Part shown: positions 25,640 to 38,460 of the stretch, one piece after another
Layout of the letters: the number at the start of each line of letters is the position of its first letter
How positions within the stretch are numbered: position 1 is the first letter of the stretch
DNA from: Vicugna vicugna
Taxonomy: Eukaryota
DNA: 64,000 nucleotides
Assembly: GCA_013265495.1 (NCBI GenBank)
Contig: MU058337.1
Location: 4,210,880-4,274,879 of the forward strand
Reading direction: 5' to 3'
Program-made: the position numbers and the translations under genes
Notes under the pieces: model-generated
The model's input: only the letters and a program-made list of their open reading frames with translations
Told to the model about the DNA's origin: nothing
Databases searched by the model: none

Positions 25640-26780
25640 ATTTTTCAATGCAAGATATAGAAGGTGATATGCAAAAATGGAGAGAGACTCTATGCACTTA
25701 ATGGGGTGGCTTAATACTATAAAAATGTCCTATGTACTCAGTATAATATCAAGCATACTTCCAGTTAGCTTTTCTGAGAAACTTATTATGCTCACTCCAA
25801 AACTTAAACGGAAAAGTAAACATTCATGAAGAGTCAACTTTGCAAAAAAAGAACAAGGGGTAGGGAGATATTTGCTTTATTAGGTATTTAAATGTCAAAG
25901 CCATAGTAACAAAAATAGTGTGGTACCGGTGTAAGAGAAGAATGGACCAATGGGCAAAGTAGGGGTCACAGAGGCAGACCTACATACGGAGAGGGGACGG
26001 GGCAGCTGGCACATTATCTGGAGAAAAATAAAACTGGATCTCTGTGTAATATCTTTTATAAAGATGGATTCCAGAAGGATCAAAGGCCAAAATATAAAAG
26101 GAAAAATAAATTTAACAGTAAATAGTATAGGGTGATATCTTTGTGAAATTGAGAAGAAAACCTTTTTAAAACCTGCAATACCCCAAAGTGATGAATATCC
26201 TTGTATTAGAAGTAAAGATTTCTATTCAGTGAAGAATATCATGGATGAAATTTAAAAATGAAAGATGAGGGAAGATATTCTACAATGTCTAAGACTGAAA
26301 AGGGACTAATATCTTGAATATGCAAGGTATCTGAGTAATCTCCAAATTAACAAGGAAAAAGATGGTGACCGCATCAAAAAATAAGCAAAGGATGTAAACT
26401 GGCAGGTTACAAAGAAGAAATCAAACAAGCCACAAAGCAACATGGAAATGTCCCAACTCAGATATAAACAAATTAAAACAACAAGGCATCCCTTACATTC
26501 ATTAAACTGACAAAAATTAGAAAGCTGGATGGAGAGTGCTGAGCTCGTGGGGATGGCAGAACCTCAGATACCACTGGTGAGAATATAGAAGGTGGCAGTC
26601 ATTCTGGAGAGCAATCTTATGATATTTTGTTAAATTAAATATACAACATCCTATAACCCATGAATCTTCCTCCCCGAAATTTTTACACAAGTCCTTAAGT
26701 GGGTATGTTTGAAAATACTTATCAAAGATACACATCAAACACACTAGAATGGTTGCCAGGGGGAAGTGGGAAAGGGAGTA
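25640..26780 (+). mobile_element. Degenerate ancient L1 ORF2/3' region
   Basis: A-rich strand with L1 ORF2 relics ('aaaaatagtgtggtaccggt', 'aaaataaaactggatc', 'ataaagatggattccaga'); no open frame. Confidence 0.7.
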
Positions 26781-27347
26781 GGAAATGAGTAAAAGAGGAA
26801 TGAGTGAATGAACAAATGAATGAATAAGACAAAATACAGACAGATATACATCCAACCGCGGGGCCTTGCTGAGATGATGGGCGTGCACCACGACCTCATG
26901 GACATGATTAACTCACACTTCGGTCCTGAGCCAAAAATGAGAAAGTAAATAAACTAAAAACAAATAATGATATTTCCAAGAAATTTAGGGGAAGGACAAA
27001 AATTTCTCATTATGGTCTTCATGGAAGACAAGTTCCTCTTGGGAAATTTATTTCCCAAATCTTAAAAGTGGAAAAACCCTAACATTTTCCAACCTTGCTG
27101 TTATTCACACTTTTAAAACAGATATAATACTCCAAATAAAATGTCCTAGAATCCTAGAACATCAGATGGAAAACACCTTAGATGGCTTGTAGTATAAGCT
27201 TACACCTAATTTGGGAACCTCATGTTCATGTTCATGTTGGGTATAAAATAACAAGCCCAGCTTTCTCAACCTCTTTGAATAAGTCCAATGAGACTGAATG
27301 TGCTCCTTCACAAGGTGCCTGTTCTGCAATTATAAAATATGATTATT

Positions 27348-27964
27348 GACCAGAGGAAACCTTAATTCAAAAAGATACAGGCACCCCAATATTCATAGCA
27401 GCACTATTTACGATAACCAAGACATGGAAACAACCTAAATGGCCATCGACAGATGGCTGAATAAAGAAACTGTGGTATATTCATATAATGGAATACTACT
27501 CAGCCATGAAAAATAATAAAATAATGCCATCTGCAGCAACATGGGTGGACATGGAGATTGTCATTCTAAGTGAAGTAAGCCAGAAAGAGAAAGAAAAATA
27601 CCATATGATATCACTTATATATGGGATCTAAAAAAAGGAAAAAGACAAACGAACTTATTTACGAAACAGAAACAGGCTCACTGATGTAGAAAACAAATTT
27701 ATGGTTACCAAAGGGAAAAACTGGGTGGGAAGGGATAAATTGGGGGTTCGATATTTGCAGATACTACTATATATAAAACAGATCAAAAACAGGTTCATAC
27801 TGTATAGCACAGGGAACTATCTTCAGTATCTAACAGTAACTTATGGTGAAAAAGAATATGAAAATGAATATATGCATGTTCATGTATGACTGAAGCGTGA
27901 TGCTGTACACTAGAAATTGACACATTGTAAACTGACTATACTTCAATAAAAAAAAAACACAAAG
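27348..27964 (+). mobile_element. 5'-truncated LINE-1 (end of ORF2 plus 3'UTR)
   Basis: 'ttcatagcagcactattt...gacatggaaacaacctaaat', 'atggaatactactcagcc', poly(A); TSD aaaat(a/g)tgattatt at 27334-27347 and 27965-27978. Confidence 0.9.
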
Positions 27965-30900
27965 AAAATGTGATTATTAAAAATTCTTCCTAATACTAAA
28001 CTAAAATCTGACACCAGCAATTTTTTAATCTATTATTCCTAAAGGTCAGCTCAAAGATGAGCACCCTTTTATTATTAAAACATGTCCCAAAATTTTAGGG
28101 AAGGGGAAATATGCAAAGAAAAAAATTACAAGTCGAGTGCCAGTCTTAAAAATTCTCGGCTCAAGAGTAATCAATGGCCCCAGGCCACTTTCTAATTTCT
28201 CCAGGGCACTGAGGCAAGAACAGGAGTGAAATGGTCTTGAGTCCGTGAGTCCTGAGGGGAGATGTAGTTGCCAAACTGTCCTATAAGCTCCAATAACCTC
28301 ATCCCCTAGTATCTGGGGAGTCCAGGGGCAAGATGGAGGTAGATTAAGTTTGCCCTTGTTGGAAAGTTCCCTTAGGGCCACCATCGAGCAGGGACTGCCA
28401 GCCAAGATGATCTCCTGGCCTAAGTTCTGTGATCCCATTACAGAATCCTGCTTAGGATCCAGACAGAACCAAGCATTCTCCAAAGAGCTCTCATCTGACC
28501 GCACGTTTTACCACCCCTTCCCCCACCACCGCAAACACTGACCTTTGGCAGAGATGCAGAGAAAGCTAAGCGATGAAACACTGATATTCTTCAGCGAGTG
28601 TCACCTCTTCTAATATATTTCACTACATTTCTCCGTAAACAACGGCCTGCATTCACATTCAGGAAAAGCTCTAAGAACCAAATAATATTGGTAATATGTT
28701 GTATCTGAACTTTAACTTTCATTTCACTATATTCACTTGCTGTGCTAAGATGGGAGCGAGCGGGGCGGTGGAGGGGCAGCGTTTGCTGCGGGAGTTCTTT
28801 AGGGAAAAGCAGAGAACATTAATTGCTTCCTTGACCTTTAGCTGAATGTGCCCTCTTGGGTCTCCTTGCAAACTCCTTGTAAATGCAGCACTTCTTTGAC
28901 AAGGCACCCAAGGTATCAGGGATTAATAGATGTTAGAGTACACTAAATCCCAGGAGCGTCTCCTAAAGTCCCACTCTTTGATATAAAAACTTTGCCAGTG
29001 AATATATCCTGCTGCCAAACTGACATCTCTGACTTTGCACTTTCCTTGAGAAGTTAGTTGACCAGATTAGTGCTGCTGTCCTAACAACTACGTGTAATGA
29101 CAAATGACTCCTGTTTTTTCACTGTTTTTCTAAATAAATAAAGCTAGTCATTTTTTTTACAGAATGACCATATCTTTACCTCTATAAAGAAGTGAGATTA
29201 AAAGTACGCATGTGAATATATTATATAATCAAAGATAACTCACATTTCCCAAAATAAAGGCTCTTCAAGGGGATTTCATGAAACAATAATAATCACTGTG
29301 AATTGCATACACACTCTAAGGACACAGCTCTATCCAGCACACGTGGCCATTCAGAATTATACACCGAGGATGACCACCTACCCTACAGAAAAAATTATCA
29401 GATTGAAGAAAATTTAATTGACAATGTTATATATTAATATAACACTATTTTCATACTTAATATTCTCTTTTGCATTTAAAGGCAACATGAATACCAGTCA
29501 TTCCATAAGAAGTGGCACTCATAAAAAAATAGCATAGTCGATAGAAGGAAACCAAAATATACTGAAGTTGGCCCCTTGGAATAATTTGTCTAGACGTAAC
29601 ATGTAGGGCTTTAAAAGCAAATATACACACACAATTATTTCCATCTCACAAATTTGCTGTTTTTCAGCATTAACTTCTATTTAAAGATTTTGAGGTAACA
29701 GTTTTAATGGGTAGTTATTGATTTTAATGGTAGTTACTGATTTCAATCAAAAGACATGTGTAGCAACATCACCGCTCATTTCGAGTAGGATGACAAGAAC
29801 CGCTGAACAGGAATCTGATAGGAAGAGCTGCACCACCACAGGGGCGTCCCTAAAGTCGCCTGTTGTCACAAAAGGGGGAAATCTGAGCTCCAAACATGAC
29901 AGACAAAGAACGGGTCCCTCAGAGCACATGCCTTGTTAGTTGTTGACTGTGGAATTGAATCTTGAGAAGGTTAATGACTGAGTGGATATTCTTTGGTTTG
30001 GGGGTAAGATATGAAGAGCAATTTTCTCCAAAAATTAATAGCATGATCATACAATGGAATTCTAATTTACACTTCTGAAGAATAATTTTTCCACACATGT
30101 TCTCTCTAGCCACTTAGGCCCGAGGACAAATAGCTAAAACTGGGAAATGTTACACAAAATGTTGAATCTTGGCTTCCCTACATGAAAAGCAGAAAACTTG
30201 TGTTATCTATACCTTTAGATAAAAGCTATCTCCTATAATCTTAGGATATTATTTGATTAATGAATTTAATATTGAAATATAAATATTAAAACAGCTTGTA
30301 AATAAAACAATCAAGAAAGCATTACAATTATGTTGCTATCTTAGGCTTATCTATTTTAATACTTTATGATTCAAAAAAAAGCCTTAACATCATTTTCCTG
30401 CTATTAAATCTTTGCTGAGAGCGAATAAAATCTACCAGGTGCCCTTGATCTCCTGAGAATTAAGCACGTTTCAAGTATGAAGTAAAAATTAGCAAGATTC
30501 TGCCACATTATGATGATGATTTTCCTAAGAGGAAAATTCGACAGCAAATTGACTTTCAAGGCTGGATTGCAACAAGCCTTCAAAAATAAAGGTTCTCTCT
30601 ACATTCTTCTCTTTTATACTTTTACGGTCAGTAACAGCAATAATAAATGGAAGGGTCAGATCACAGAAATACACGAAAAGAAAAAAATTCTTTAATAACT
30701 CTGACAAGTGAATTTAAGCTTCCATCTGAGGGCTGTCATGAAAACCTGTCAGCGAAATTTAAAGTAAAAACCCTTCAGCGAAATGAAAGAGACTGTCATT
30801 CAACTGAATCATCTATTCAAAGATGAATGTCATGTGCTTCTTAGAAATACCTAGAGAATCTTTTTAAAAGATGTTAAAGATATTTCCAGATTAGTGAACG

Positions 30901-33900
30901 GTCACAGGCAAGCCTGAAAGCCAGGGTTCTGAAGGCCTCAGCGACGCCAAGGTCTCAGGCCCTTACACTGAGACTAATTCCTGGGAAATTTTCACAGATG
31001 TTTTTTAGTCTGGATGTTGGCTTAGTTTCACCAATACACTGAGGCTGTAACGTTGATCAAGTAGCCCAAATGATAACTCCATTTCTCGAAGGAAGAAAAG
31101 TCATTTTTTATGGAGACGGCTCAGGATATAAAAGGGAAAAAAAAAAAGAAAAAAACAGAACACAATCTAGTTGTCCTCAAAGTCTGCTGTGGGGATCATA
31201 GTGGGGACAGACAATTTAACAAATGCCAATGAAGTGTGCTGAGCACAGTAAAAGAGTATTTTCTAAGCTGCTATGGGAAGCACACGGCCTGGCTGAGTCA
31301 GGAGAAGCATCTGGAGGAGGAGACGTGTGAGCTGATGCGGAGGAAGGTGTCAGGCAGGGAACCAGGCAGGGAAGGGAGGAAGCCAGGTCAGGGGAGAGGT
31401 GACATCCGCTGGCCGGAGGCAGGCCAGGGAGGACCTTGAAGCGGGGACAACACACCTGAAGACGCAGGTTGGGATCAGACCCGTGGGCCATGTCAACCTT
31501 TATTCTACAAGGTGAGCAGGAGCCAGTAAAAACCGTCAGGATGGAACTGACACAGTCAAATTTGCTGTTTGAGGATTGACTTCCGGCAGCAGCCGCTGAG
31601 GCTGGATTGGAAGCGATTAGAAGTCTCCAGCGATAATCTACACAAAAGACACTCAGGAGTCTCCTGTGAGGCGGCCCCCTGGGTCTTGGGGCCACGGGTG
31701 AGTCTGGGGGCCCTTGAAGCAGAGGTAGAGCTCCCTTCAAGGGCGACAAGTGGCATGCAGCCTTGACATTCAGCCCTGAGTTTTGAAGACCTCCAAGGCA
31801 GATTGTTATATTTTAGAGTTCTTTTCATTCAATATGTGGAACGTATTAGTCTTATGTAGCAAATACTTATTCACGTTACTTTTTAAATGTGTAAAATGTG
31901 TTGATGAATGCTTCTCACATTAGCAATTACATGTGTTATAATACTCCAACCAGTATGTTGACGTATATTAACTCAGACTGCAGTCTGATGTTCCTTAAAC
32001 AGCAACAGAAGGACTCAAATAAACTTTCTTCTTCCTATGATAAGGCAATGTTGCTTATAAAAGCCGTAATCGCCATGAATCCAATTCTGTAAATATTTGT
32101 GAAGATCCTTGTGAAAGATTTTCATATGCGATCCCTAAGTCGTGCATTATACTTGGTCCTGGAAGGAGTCAACTGACTAGTGACCGGAAACCCATGATCA
32201 CCCCTAATGAGCAAGGCTTCAGTCCAGCCATTAGGCCTCGGATGTAGCTAATTCACTCACTCCCTCAGGTGTAGAGTCCCAGGACACTGTGAACACAAAG
32301 ACAGAGCCACATGTAAGTGCTCTGGTGGAGGCTTCACTAGTCAGCTCAGAAACAGACAGAAAGCTCCACGCCACCAGGGACTCAGGAAAGAATGACCTGG
32401 GCCTTGGTGACTCTCGGTCTGTGAGTCAAAGAAGAGAAGGCAGGACAGTCCACACATAGGTGCCGACGCGTGCAGAAGTCCACTGGCAAGAGACCTGACC
32501 AATTTTCCAATTTGGGAAACCCTGAGAACTCAAACAGAGGATAAGCGGGGGTCATAGCATGAGATAAAACACTTTATGTTGTACTTGAAGTCTTAATTTT
32601 ATCCTATCGGAAGCAATGCGGCATTGAAGAATTTTAAGCCGAAGGAGAATGTGATAAGATTTGAATTCCTGAAAACATCATACAGCTCTGGGAAAAGAAC
32701 CAGAGGAGATAAAGAAAGAGAGCCAGCCCAGGGTGGGGCAGCCAGTCAGAAGGCAGTTAACAACCGTCAAGAGAAGAAGTATTAGACTTGATGCTGCAAA
32801 CAGGGGGTGGGGAGCAGAGAAACAAATTAGGAGATAAAATCAGTGGGATGAGATGAGGAAGGGTGTAAGGAAAGGGGAAAGACTAGCGTGGCTCCGGGTT
32901 TCTGGGCAGCTGGAGAAAGGATGCTGCCATAAACTGAGATAGAAAATACCGGTGGAGGGGCCAATCTGCAAAGGAAAATGAGTTTTTACTGTATATTTAT
33001 CAGTGGTGTGACACGCTGGCTGTGGAGGGAGGCTGCTCGGATGAAGAGAAGCTGCCGCAGGTCCCCTTTGGCACCCCAGAAGCCACGCTGCTCCTGGGGC
33101 TGCCTCCTAAGCCAGCCCATTCCCGTTCCAGAGGACGCTTGTCCCAAGGGCAGGTTTTGCTGGGTGACACTTTCTCATGGCTGTATTGCGGCCAGAGGCC
33201 CTTCCTACCTGACCTGTTCTCTCTCCTCCTTCCCAGGTGTCAGACCTGCATGGTGACCGGAAGGCTCTCCGTGCCTACTTCTGGTCCTTCCCTCTTTACC
33301 CTCCACAAGCATTTCCCCCTAGAAGTCTCTTGCATGTTTCATTCCATTCTGGCATCTGCTTCTTAAGGGAACCAAACCAACACGAGGCAGTATGAAGGGC
33401 GTCAAGTAAGTAGCTGGGGGGAGCACATTTAGGAGTCACTGTGCACGCGAATCGCTGAGCCTTGGGTTAGGATGTCCCTGCCAAGGCTGCAGACTTGAGG
33501 AGCACTTTCTGTTTTTTAACATGTAGCTACAGGTACTAACAGCTGGAGAGCAGCCATTGGCAAGAGTAGGCAACCTAAGATAGTTGGGATAGTTAATGTA
33601 GATGAGGTTCTAGACAGTTTAGAGAACAATGCAGCATTAGGAATCATAGACAGAGGAATTTTCAGCATCCACCAGTCCTCACTTTAATCTGTGTGTAACT
33701 AATTGACATCCTGTAATTCTTGGATCTTCGGGCCAATGTTGAAATAGAAGAAATGTTGCTCATTCCTTTTAAAGCACAAGACGCTTCAGTAGAAAAGAGT
33801 TAGGACAGGAAGCCAGTATCCTTCAGTACTTGAGAACTGAGTGTTCTATTAGTGGAAGCCTTTCCAACGAAATGCCATCTGACTCTGTCCCAGTAGCACA

Positions 33901-35140
33901 CACTTAATCCCCTTAGCACCGTGCCTGTGAAGGTATTTTTAAAGCTTCAGTTGGCTATACAGATGATAATGGGCTGTGTTTGTTCATGTTGTAAAATATT
34001 TTAATACTAGTTCTGTCTCCACCTTACCTTGAACTTCTTCCATATCCTTTGTAATTTGCCAAATTATCATACGCAGAGTTGAAACCAAGCATTGTTATTA
34101 ATTGTAATGATAATGATGAATTTTATTCATAAACTGCAGAGAAATTGCATCTGCATTCCAATCATCTAAATGGCTGGATGCTCTAAGCGATTACGACTTT
34201 AAATGTTTAGATTTGCAAAAATCGCTACAGTAAAACCATTCCAGTTTAAGCCACGTAGCTGCCAACACTGGGCATACACCCAGCTCCCTTGGCCTAAAGA
34301 TATGCTCACCTAGGTAGAGGCCACCTGGTATGCCTAAAAAGGGGGAAAAAAAAGAAAAAGAAAACAAGACTATAGTCCTTAGAAATTATCCACAGTGTGT
34401 AGATAAAGAAGAGAAAGAAGCCAAGATAATTAAATTTGCACTACAATTGTTCTACAAAAAACATGGTAATAATTCTGCTAGTCTATGTCAAGAACATATG
34501 TCTGCATTTCTTGTCTCAAGACAGTGGGGACAGTCGTGTTATGTAATCTACGCGAAGTCAGACTTGATATTTCGGATGATGTAAAAACAATGGGTTAATT
34601 CCAAACAACTCCACTGGTAGGAGAAGTCAGCCCTGAATTCCCCTTATGACAAGAAGTCAAATTACATTGTGTATCTGACTCTAATGAATACATCAGAGGG
34701 ACCATAAATACAGAAATGTTTTGAATGTCTAAAATCATCTTTCATGGAAGCATTTGTAAAAATTTGTAGTTTTGCATAGAACTATTGTTATCTCTCTTGC
34801 AATCTTCCTTTCTGAAAAGAAATAACACAATCATGTATTCAGTGTCTAGTGCTTGGGGAAAAAAATGTATTCCACTTTTGCAGATTGAAGAAACTCTAAA
34901 TACCTAGCAAGTCTATGTATTTAACTTACTATCTGTCAAAATTATCTCTAATGTATCATCAGGACCATAGGTCTAGCAAAAGACATTAGAGATATTTACA
35001 GGTGAGCACAGGTCAAGATACAATATGCAACTGACAGCTCTCTTGAAGACCTTGGTGTATACTGCAAAGGCGAGCGTTTCTATCTTGCTGGTTGTTTGTC
35101 TTCTTAGATTCGGTCAAATTATATAAATAAAATAATTTAC

Positions 35141-35210
35141 CTTTTTGAGCTTCTGCATCCATTAAGCGATGAACTAATGGATGGTTACATATTGATGTTT
35201 TCTTGATCAT
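35141..35210 (-). CDS. METTL21E: METTL21E first coding exon (whole exon probably 35141-35220)
   Basis: MIKKTSICNHPLVHRLMDAEAQK followed by phase-1 donor AAG|GTaaat; phase matches the downstream METTL21E exons. Upstream acceptor ttttgcctAG at 35222-35221; alternative ATG at 35162. Confidence 0.65.
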
Positions 35211-36702
35211 TCCTTGAAAACTAGGCAAAAATACATTAAAATATCAAATGATAATAATGAATTTAAAATGTGTTAAGCGCTTTCATATTTGCCTAGTAAT
35301 AAAGCTTAGCATCAAATACAGTAGAGAAAATTATATCAAAGTATCTTATGAGTAAGTCATGATTTTAAAAAGAGCATCGAAACACAATCTGTCTAGCACA
35401 AACCGAAATCCACTCAGAAATGTTGAAAGCTCCTGGAGAAAGAACAACCCTCGGCAGGACCTCGGCTGTCACAGAGGAAGGCACTGTCTTCACACTGACT
35501 AGTCACAGAGCAGCCCGAACGCTTAGCAGCGATGAACACATTGGGGGGAAGCTGGTTTCAATCAGTGTAATAAAAACCACTGCATTCATCTGAAACAAAG
35601 CTTCCTACATAACAACAGATTCAAAGCTCACTCGCTCTAACCCAGGAGTCTCTAGCAGGTACCTAAGGTCACATGGCGCAATCACAAGATGGTTTTTTGA
35701 ATAACTTCTGTTTTTAAAACTCCATACCATCTCAGCAAACATATTTAAAATGGAAGACATTCAAGTATGTTCTGCCTCACAGAGTGTACCACGCGAATAA
35801 GCTTAAGCGAGCTGCAGCTCTAACTTCAGAAAACAAAGACTTATGTTCTTCATCTCCGTCTGGGGTCGTTTAATAATCACTGTACGACCGTGAATGTATA
35901 TAGCACTCCTTTCTTCCAAGGCTCCCAAAACACTTTGCACAGCCACCACATTTTTCTTTACAATATGCCTCAGCAAATTAGAAGACAAATTATTTCCCCT
36001 ACAGTTTACAAACAAGGAAAGTCAAAGGTTAAATAAGGTCCCGGAGGTCGCAGGGCTAAGCAGCGGTGGTCACCCGCTCCGTCCCCAGTTTAGTTTCTCT
36101 TTCATTAAAGAAAGTGGTCTTATGACGGCACGTGCGGCCTGAGGGCCAGCGCTCACTACATGTTAAGTCTGGACGTACCTATATGTGCGAGTTAGCCGGG
36201 TTTCTCGGAGGTTAAAAAGTATCACCCACCACTTTTGCTTTGCTGATGACAGCTCTGCTGCTGCCTGCAAGTCGGGCACCAAAGCCCTGTGGCGCGCTAC
36301 TGTACACACTGGCAGCCAGTCCTCCGGGGGTCAGGGTCCCGACAGCTGCAGCTTCAGGGCCTCTGGCTGTGCAGCAGGGCGGCTGGCACGGCCGTAAGTA
36401 AGGGGGCTGAAGACAGTGAGGAGGCAGGTTCCACGTAAGTGTCCTGTGAACAGAGCGAGAGCCAATAGGTGGGCACAAACCACGCCTGCAAGGGAGTGAA
36501 GACCCGTAAGGCAAAGCCATCCCAGGACGCGGCCAAGAGTTATTTGAGTCCACAGCTGTGACGTCCTTGCAACGGAGCCCACGTGCTTCTCATGTCACCT
36601 GTCTGGGTGCGTCCTGGACATCGTTTTTAGAATCAGACGACCACACCAGGGTGTTTGCATGCAGCAGTTCTGAGCACAGGAATTAAAATACCACCGTTCC
36701 TT

Positions 36703-36790
36703 TCTCTGTCTGGCTTGCTTCATTATGCTGTACACCAGAGACCGACACAACATTGGAAACTGGCTATACTTCAATAAAAATATATTTTTT
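36703..36790 (+). mobile_element. Very short L1 insertion with a 5' inversion
   Basis: TSD taaaataccacc(g/a)ttcctt at 36684-36702 and 36791-36809; an inverted piece of L1 3'UTR followed by the forward terminal piece. Confidence 0.8.
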
Positions 36791-38149
36791 TAAAATACCA
36801 CCATTCCTTCCTCCTTGGGCTGGATAGGAAGGTGGAGGGTACACGTTGCCTGTGTACCTGCTCGTGTGCGTGGAGGGCTGCATCTCAGCGGATGAATAAA
36901 TCTCCCTGGTCACTGAAAACAGCCTGAATAAGAAGTTATCGCAGGCAGTGAAATCAAGCAATATTGCAAAGTGAAATAAACCAAGCAATGTGGGTACCTC
37001 TTCTAAGAAACACTCCATGCACCATGATGTACACCACCAATGTACACAGACCATGATGAACAGAGGTCATGTTAACTTACCGGACAGGACACGCCTGCTT
37101 TTAGTCATTCCTGCAAGAATTAGCTTGTGATTTTAGGAATTTACTTAGTGTGTTTCCTGGCTTCCTCATTTATGAAACAGAGGTATAAAAGGTATACAAC
37201 ATACATTTGTGAGATGAATATGGTAGGTAAAAACATTCTGGAAACTGCAAAATCCAAAACAATGAAAATAATTACTCATAGGCAGTTAATTCTGGGCAGA
37301 GGACATTCTCTCTTTTTGGGGTCTTTTTAAAACAAGAATAAAGAATCATTTGGTGAACAAAAAATCACCTGTCTTTTCCCACGAGGTGTTTCAAAGAGCA
37401 AGAAACCTCAGTGCTGGATTTCTTAAGAGGCAGAATCTTCAAATCAATCATCTAAACCGACATGATGACAATGATTATTTCAGTTATACCGAACTGTTAA
37501 AAAAAAAAAAGTACATAGAGATTTCTATCTCCAGCTATAAGTAGCTTATAGCAGACCCCCGCTTCTGAGTAGAAAAGCAGATTTTAAACACACATACACA
37601 CACACCACCTGTTAGAAGGCATCAGACAGCTGCCAAGGCAGCCAAGAATTCCATGCTTTTGTTTATCATTGTTGTAGAGGCTAGAAGCCAAAGAGAGGAC
37701 ACAAGAAGGGCACCGGCAGAGCTCCTGGCAACCTCACAGAACTAGAGACAACAGAACAGTGTTTGAGCTGGAAAGGCAGCCAGGACCTGGAGCCCAAGAT
37801 CCCAGGAAGAAAGGACAGAGAAGGAAGCCTGACACTCAGCACTGACTTTTCACTTACGGTATCTATTCAGGAAGATGTTTAGGGCAAGACACTAATTTTC
37901 CAAGCAGAAAGTGGCTAAAAACGGAACAAACCTTAAAAGAGAAAAACACCCTGGCAGTCAGTTGGTATCCTTGGAAAACTACTTTTTAGGAATGGGGCAG
38001 GGCGGGGCGGGGGGGAACCAGGAGATGGAGTCTTAGAAAGACTGCAAACCAGCCTGATTGCGTTTGGTCCTAATTGAAGTAAGGTGACCTTCCCCTCTGC
38101 TGCCTGCCAGAATACCTTCTGGAATCCTCTCCAGAGGAAGAGGCACGAC

Positions 38150-38460
38150 GTCTACAATTTTTTAAACGTAATGTCTGGCCTTCACGCAAAGCTTACCAGT
38201 CACACCAAGAAACAGACAATAGAAACAAGTCCGCAGGTGATCTGACACTGGCGTTGTTTGACACAGACTTTAAAGTAACCGTGATTAAGACAAAAAAACT
38301 GATGACAAGAATTACACCAAAGAACTGGAATCTGTAAAAATAGTCAAACAGAACTGAAAATACAATAAATGAAATAAGGAGCTCAATGTATAGGCTTAAC
38401 AGCAAATGTAGACAAAGGTAATGAAAAGATTAAAAAGGTGAAAGGTAATTCTATAGCAAA
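38150..38460 (+). mobile_element. Ancient L1 5'/ORF1 fragment
   Basis: 'agactttaaagtaacc...gaactgaaaatacaataaatgaaataag...ctcaatg...ggcttaacagca' resembles degenerate L1 ORF1 coiled-coil sequence. Confidence 0.55.
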
